A stretch of 64,000 bases of DNA from Nymphaea colorata. Its lineage: Eukaryota. Shown in pieces: positions 61,896-64,000 of the stretch (within the stretch, counting starts at the first letter, position 1; each line of letters opens with the position of its first letter). The notes beneath the pieces were generated by a model, which saw nothing but the letters and a program-made list of their open reading frames with translations, did no database searches and had not been told where the DNA came from. Position numbers and translations under genes: made by a program. Location: positions 24,738,001-24,802,000 of the forward strand of contig NC_045138.2 in NCBI RefSeq assembly GCF_008831285.2, given 5' to 3'.

Positions 61896-64000
61896 GCTTG
61901 TTTATGTGTACGAATGCCGAAAAAATATGTCCCGATCTTCAGGTAGAACTTAGATTATATACAATCATCAGCACACGTGGGGATAATAAAATTCAAACTC
62001 TCTATTCTAATCTGGAAAGCGCGAAATCGTCAAACTTATGATTTTTCCACCAAGCGGTCAAAAGGAATAAATCTTAAGAGAAAAATCCCACAAATATGTA
62101 GAAGCCAACCTTGTCATCAGCGAACGGGTGAGATAGCTCGACGCGGGGATGAGAAAGCCTAGTCTTGGTTGCCATTGTTCGTCTTGGTTCGCGAATGACT
62201 TTGATTCGTCGATCCGAGAGGCTGATCAACATCGTGAAAATGGGAGGTCGAAGAGAAATTTTCCTCCTTAAATCTCAACAGATCAGAATTAATATATATA
62301 CGACAAATCTTCATATTCAAGATATTTATATGATAAAATATAGTATGTTTGTATATCGAGTTGGACCACCCCCTCCATGACATAAGCCCCCACCGCACGG
62401 TGGGCCAAGAAAATGAAACTGATTGATATTGGGATTTGCCGATTACTTTATACAAACAAATTAGAGACTGTTCAAGAACGATAATAGTATGTTCAAATAT
62501 TGAAATAAATATGATGAATACGATGAATACTAACATATTGTTGCCAAGGCCCACCTATTTCATACATCTTCAGTTGTAGGCTTTGTTTCATGTTTTCTTT
62601 TTTGAAAATTAGGCTATGAAAGGATACATTTTCTTATGTCACATAATATTTTCAAGAGGGTCTAATATCCTCAACCCTCATTAATCCTTGTCAAGTCATC
62701 CCCATTACAATTGGTAGGTTCCACCAAAAAGAATTAAAAGTCCACTATATTATTTACATAGGCCTGTTCCCAAGATGGAGGAGGGTAAGGGGTGAAGATC
62801 ATTTCAATCAATACTTAATTTCGGAGATTATATGGCCTAGCTGCTCTCTCCTTACTACCATGCTTTAATATTCTTCCGCTTACATGCTCACGGGGAAAAT
62901 TTCCTCCAAATAAGCAAACTTTACTTCGTAAGCTGATCATTTGCTTGAGACCTCGAAGGATCATACATCTTCAAAATAAAAAGGAAAACATTCAAAATTG
63001 CTATTCGGCTGCGGCGCCGTGCTCGTTCTACGGCTGGGTGACTGTGTCGCTCCTTCTATCCACTCCCTTCCCACCCCTCTTATTTCGTTTTGTTGTCCAG
63101 TTATCTTGTATATTTCTTCTTTTTATTTATGTTTTTGATGTTTGTTCTTATATCCAAATTTTGTTATGAATTCTCATTTTAACGGCAAAATTGTCAAATC
63201 AGGTGCATTTCTCTTGGGGCGTGATTCTGAAGTCTGCTCGGAATGAGCTTCCATGACCACCGTGCTTTTACAATGACAACATGAACACGCTGATGCTTAT
63301 TGATTTAAAGGATTGTTTGTTTCCAATAGTTAAATTGGAATTGGCTCCTTCTGGCTTTGATATGAGATATGAACCACAAGGTGGTAGATCAAATTCAAAA
63401 CCATGAACCATTAATGGACCCAGATATACATCGTTGACAATTCTATCCATCAAAGCGATAAGGCTGAACAGCTCCATCGTGATGTGGAAAAGGATAGCCA
63501 TTTCATTGAGAGGGCACATTTCTAGATTAGATTAGCGCCGAGGATGCATTTCGTTCCATGGATCTTAAATCTGTGAATCTAAAGTCTCATGAATTCGGCA
63601 ATTAACCTGACAAGATTTGAGGTTCTTAATTCGATCCACTTATTAACCTGCCTCATTATTTCCAATCTCTCTTAACCTGGCGAGAGGACATCTGGTTATC
63701 GGTCAAACTTATCTTGAATAATTTATCCTCTTTCCGGATCGGGCAGTTAATTAACCATTCTTTCTCAATCTTTTGAGCTCAAGAGAATATTTGGGACATA
63801 TCAGAATTTTCTTTTCTTCATAAAATTTTATTGGAAAGGCTTTTCCGCAGCCTGGGGATAAGGCTATCGTTGAGCCAGAGATCGACGCTTATCGATCGTC
63901 AGCAAGAAAGTCTAGCTGGTGATGATCAGTGATCATGAACATTAATATATATTTTTTTCTGATCCAAACAAATTGGCGTATTGGGCGTGGCTACCAGATG

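Noticed and set aside
63268..63519. 83-aa ORF with a weak LINE-like ALSMKW motif in another frame
   Set aside because: Too short and unsupported by other reverse transcriptase motifs.

Overview
Gene-rich nuclear DNA from a flowering plant, with GT-AG introns, MITE-like insertions and a decayed Ty1/copia element. Left to right: a possible minus-strand ORF running off the left edge; a two-exon EPF1-like stomatal peptide gene (-); a proline-rich gene with a CHUP1-related C-terminus (At4g04980-like, +); mitochondrial intermediate peptidase (-); a conserved plant protein of unknown function (+); two intronless 977-aa CC-NB-LRR immune receptor genes (-) exactly 13,820 bp apart; an At1g61900-like GPI-anchored protein gene (-); 40S ribosomal protein S16 (+); and a small MGNC...WQPxLxSIPE protein (-). 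The most interesting structure is the NLR locus. It is a tandem duplication with a junction at about 38,175 that left orphan 3' exons of the GPI gene. It also contains a collapsed relic of an apparent third unit with no NLR. Both NLRs have a non-canonical MHD motif (MLG), and copy 1 has further NB-ARC motif changes. I found no convincing evidence of a wholly new biological system. Exon boundaries and alignments were read by eye and may be off by a few bases; family names are from recall, not database searches.
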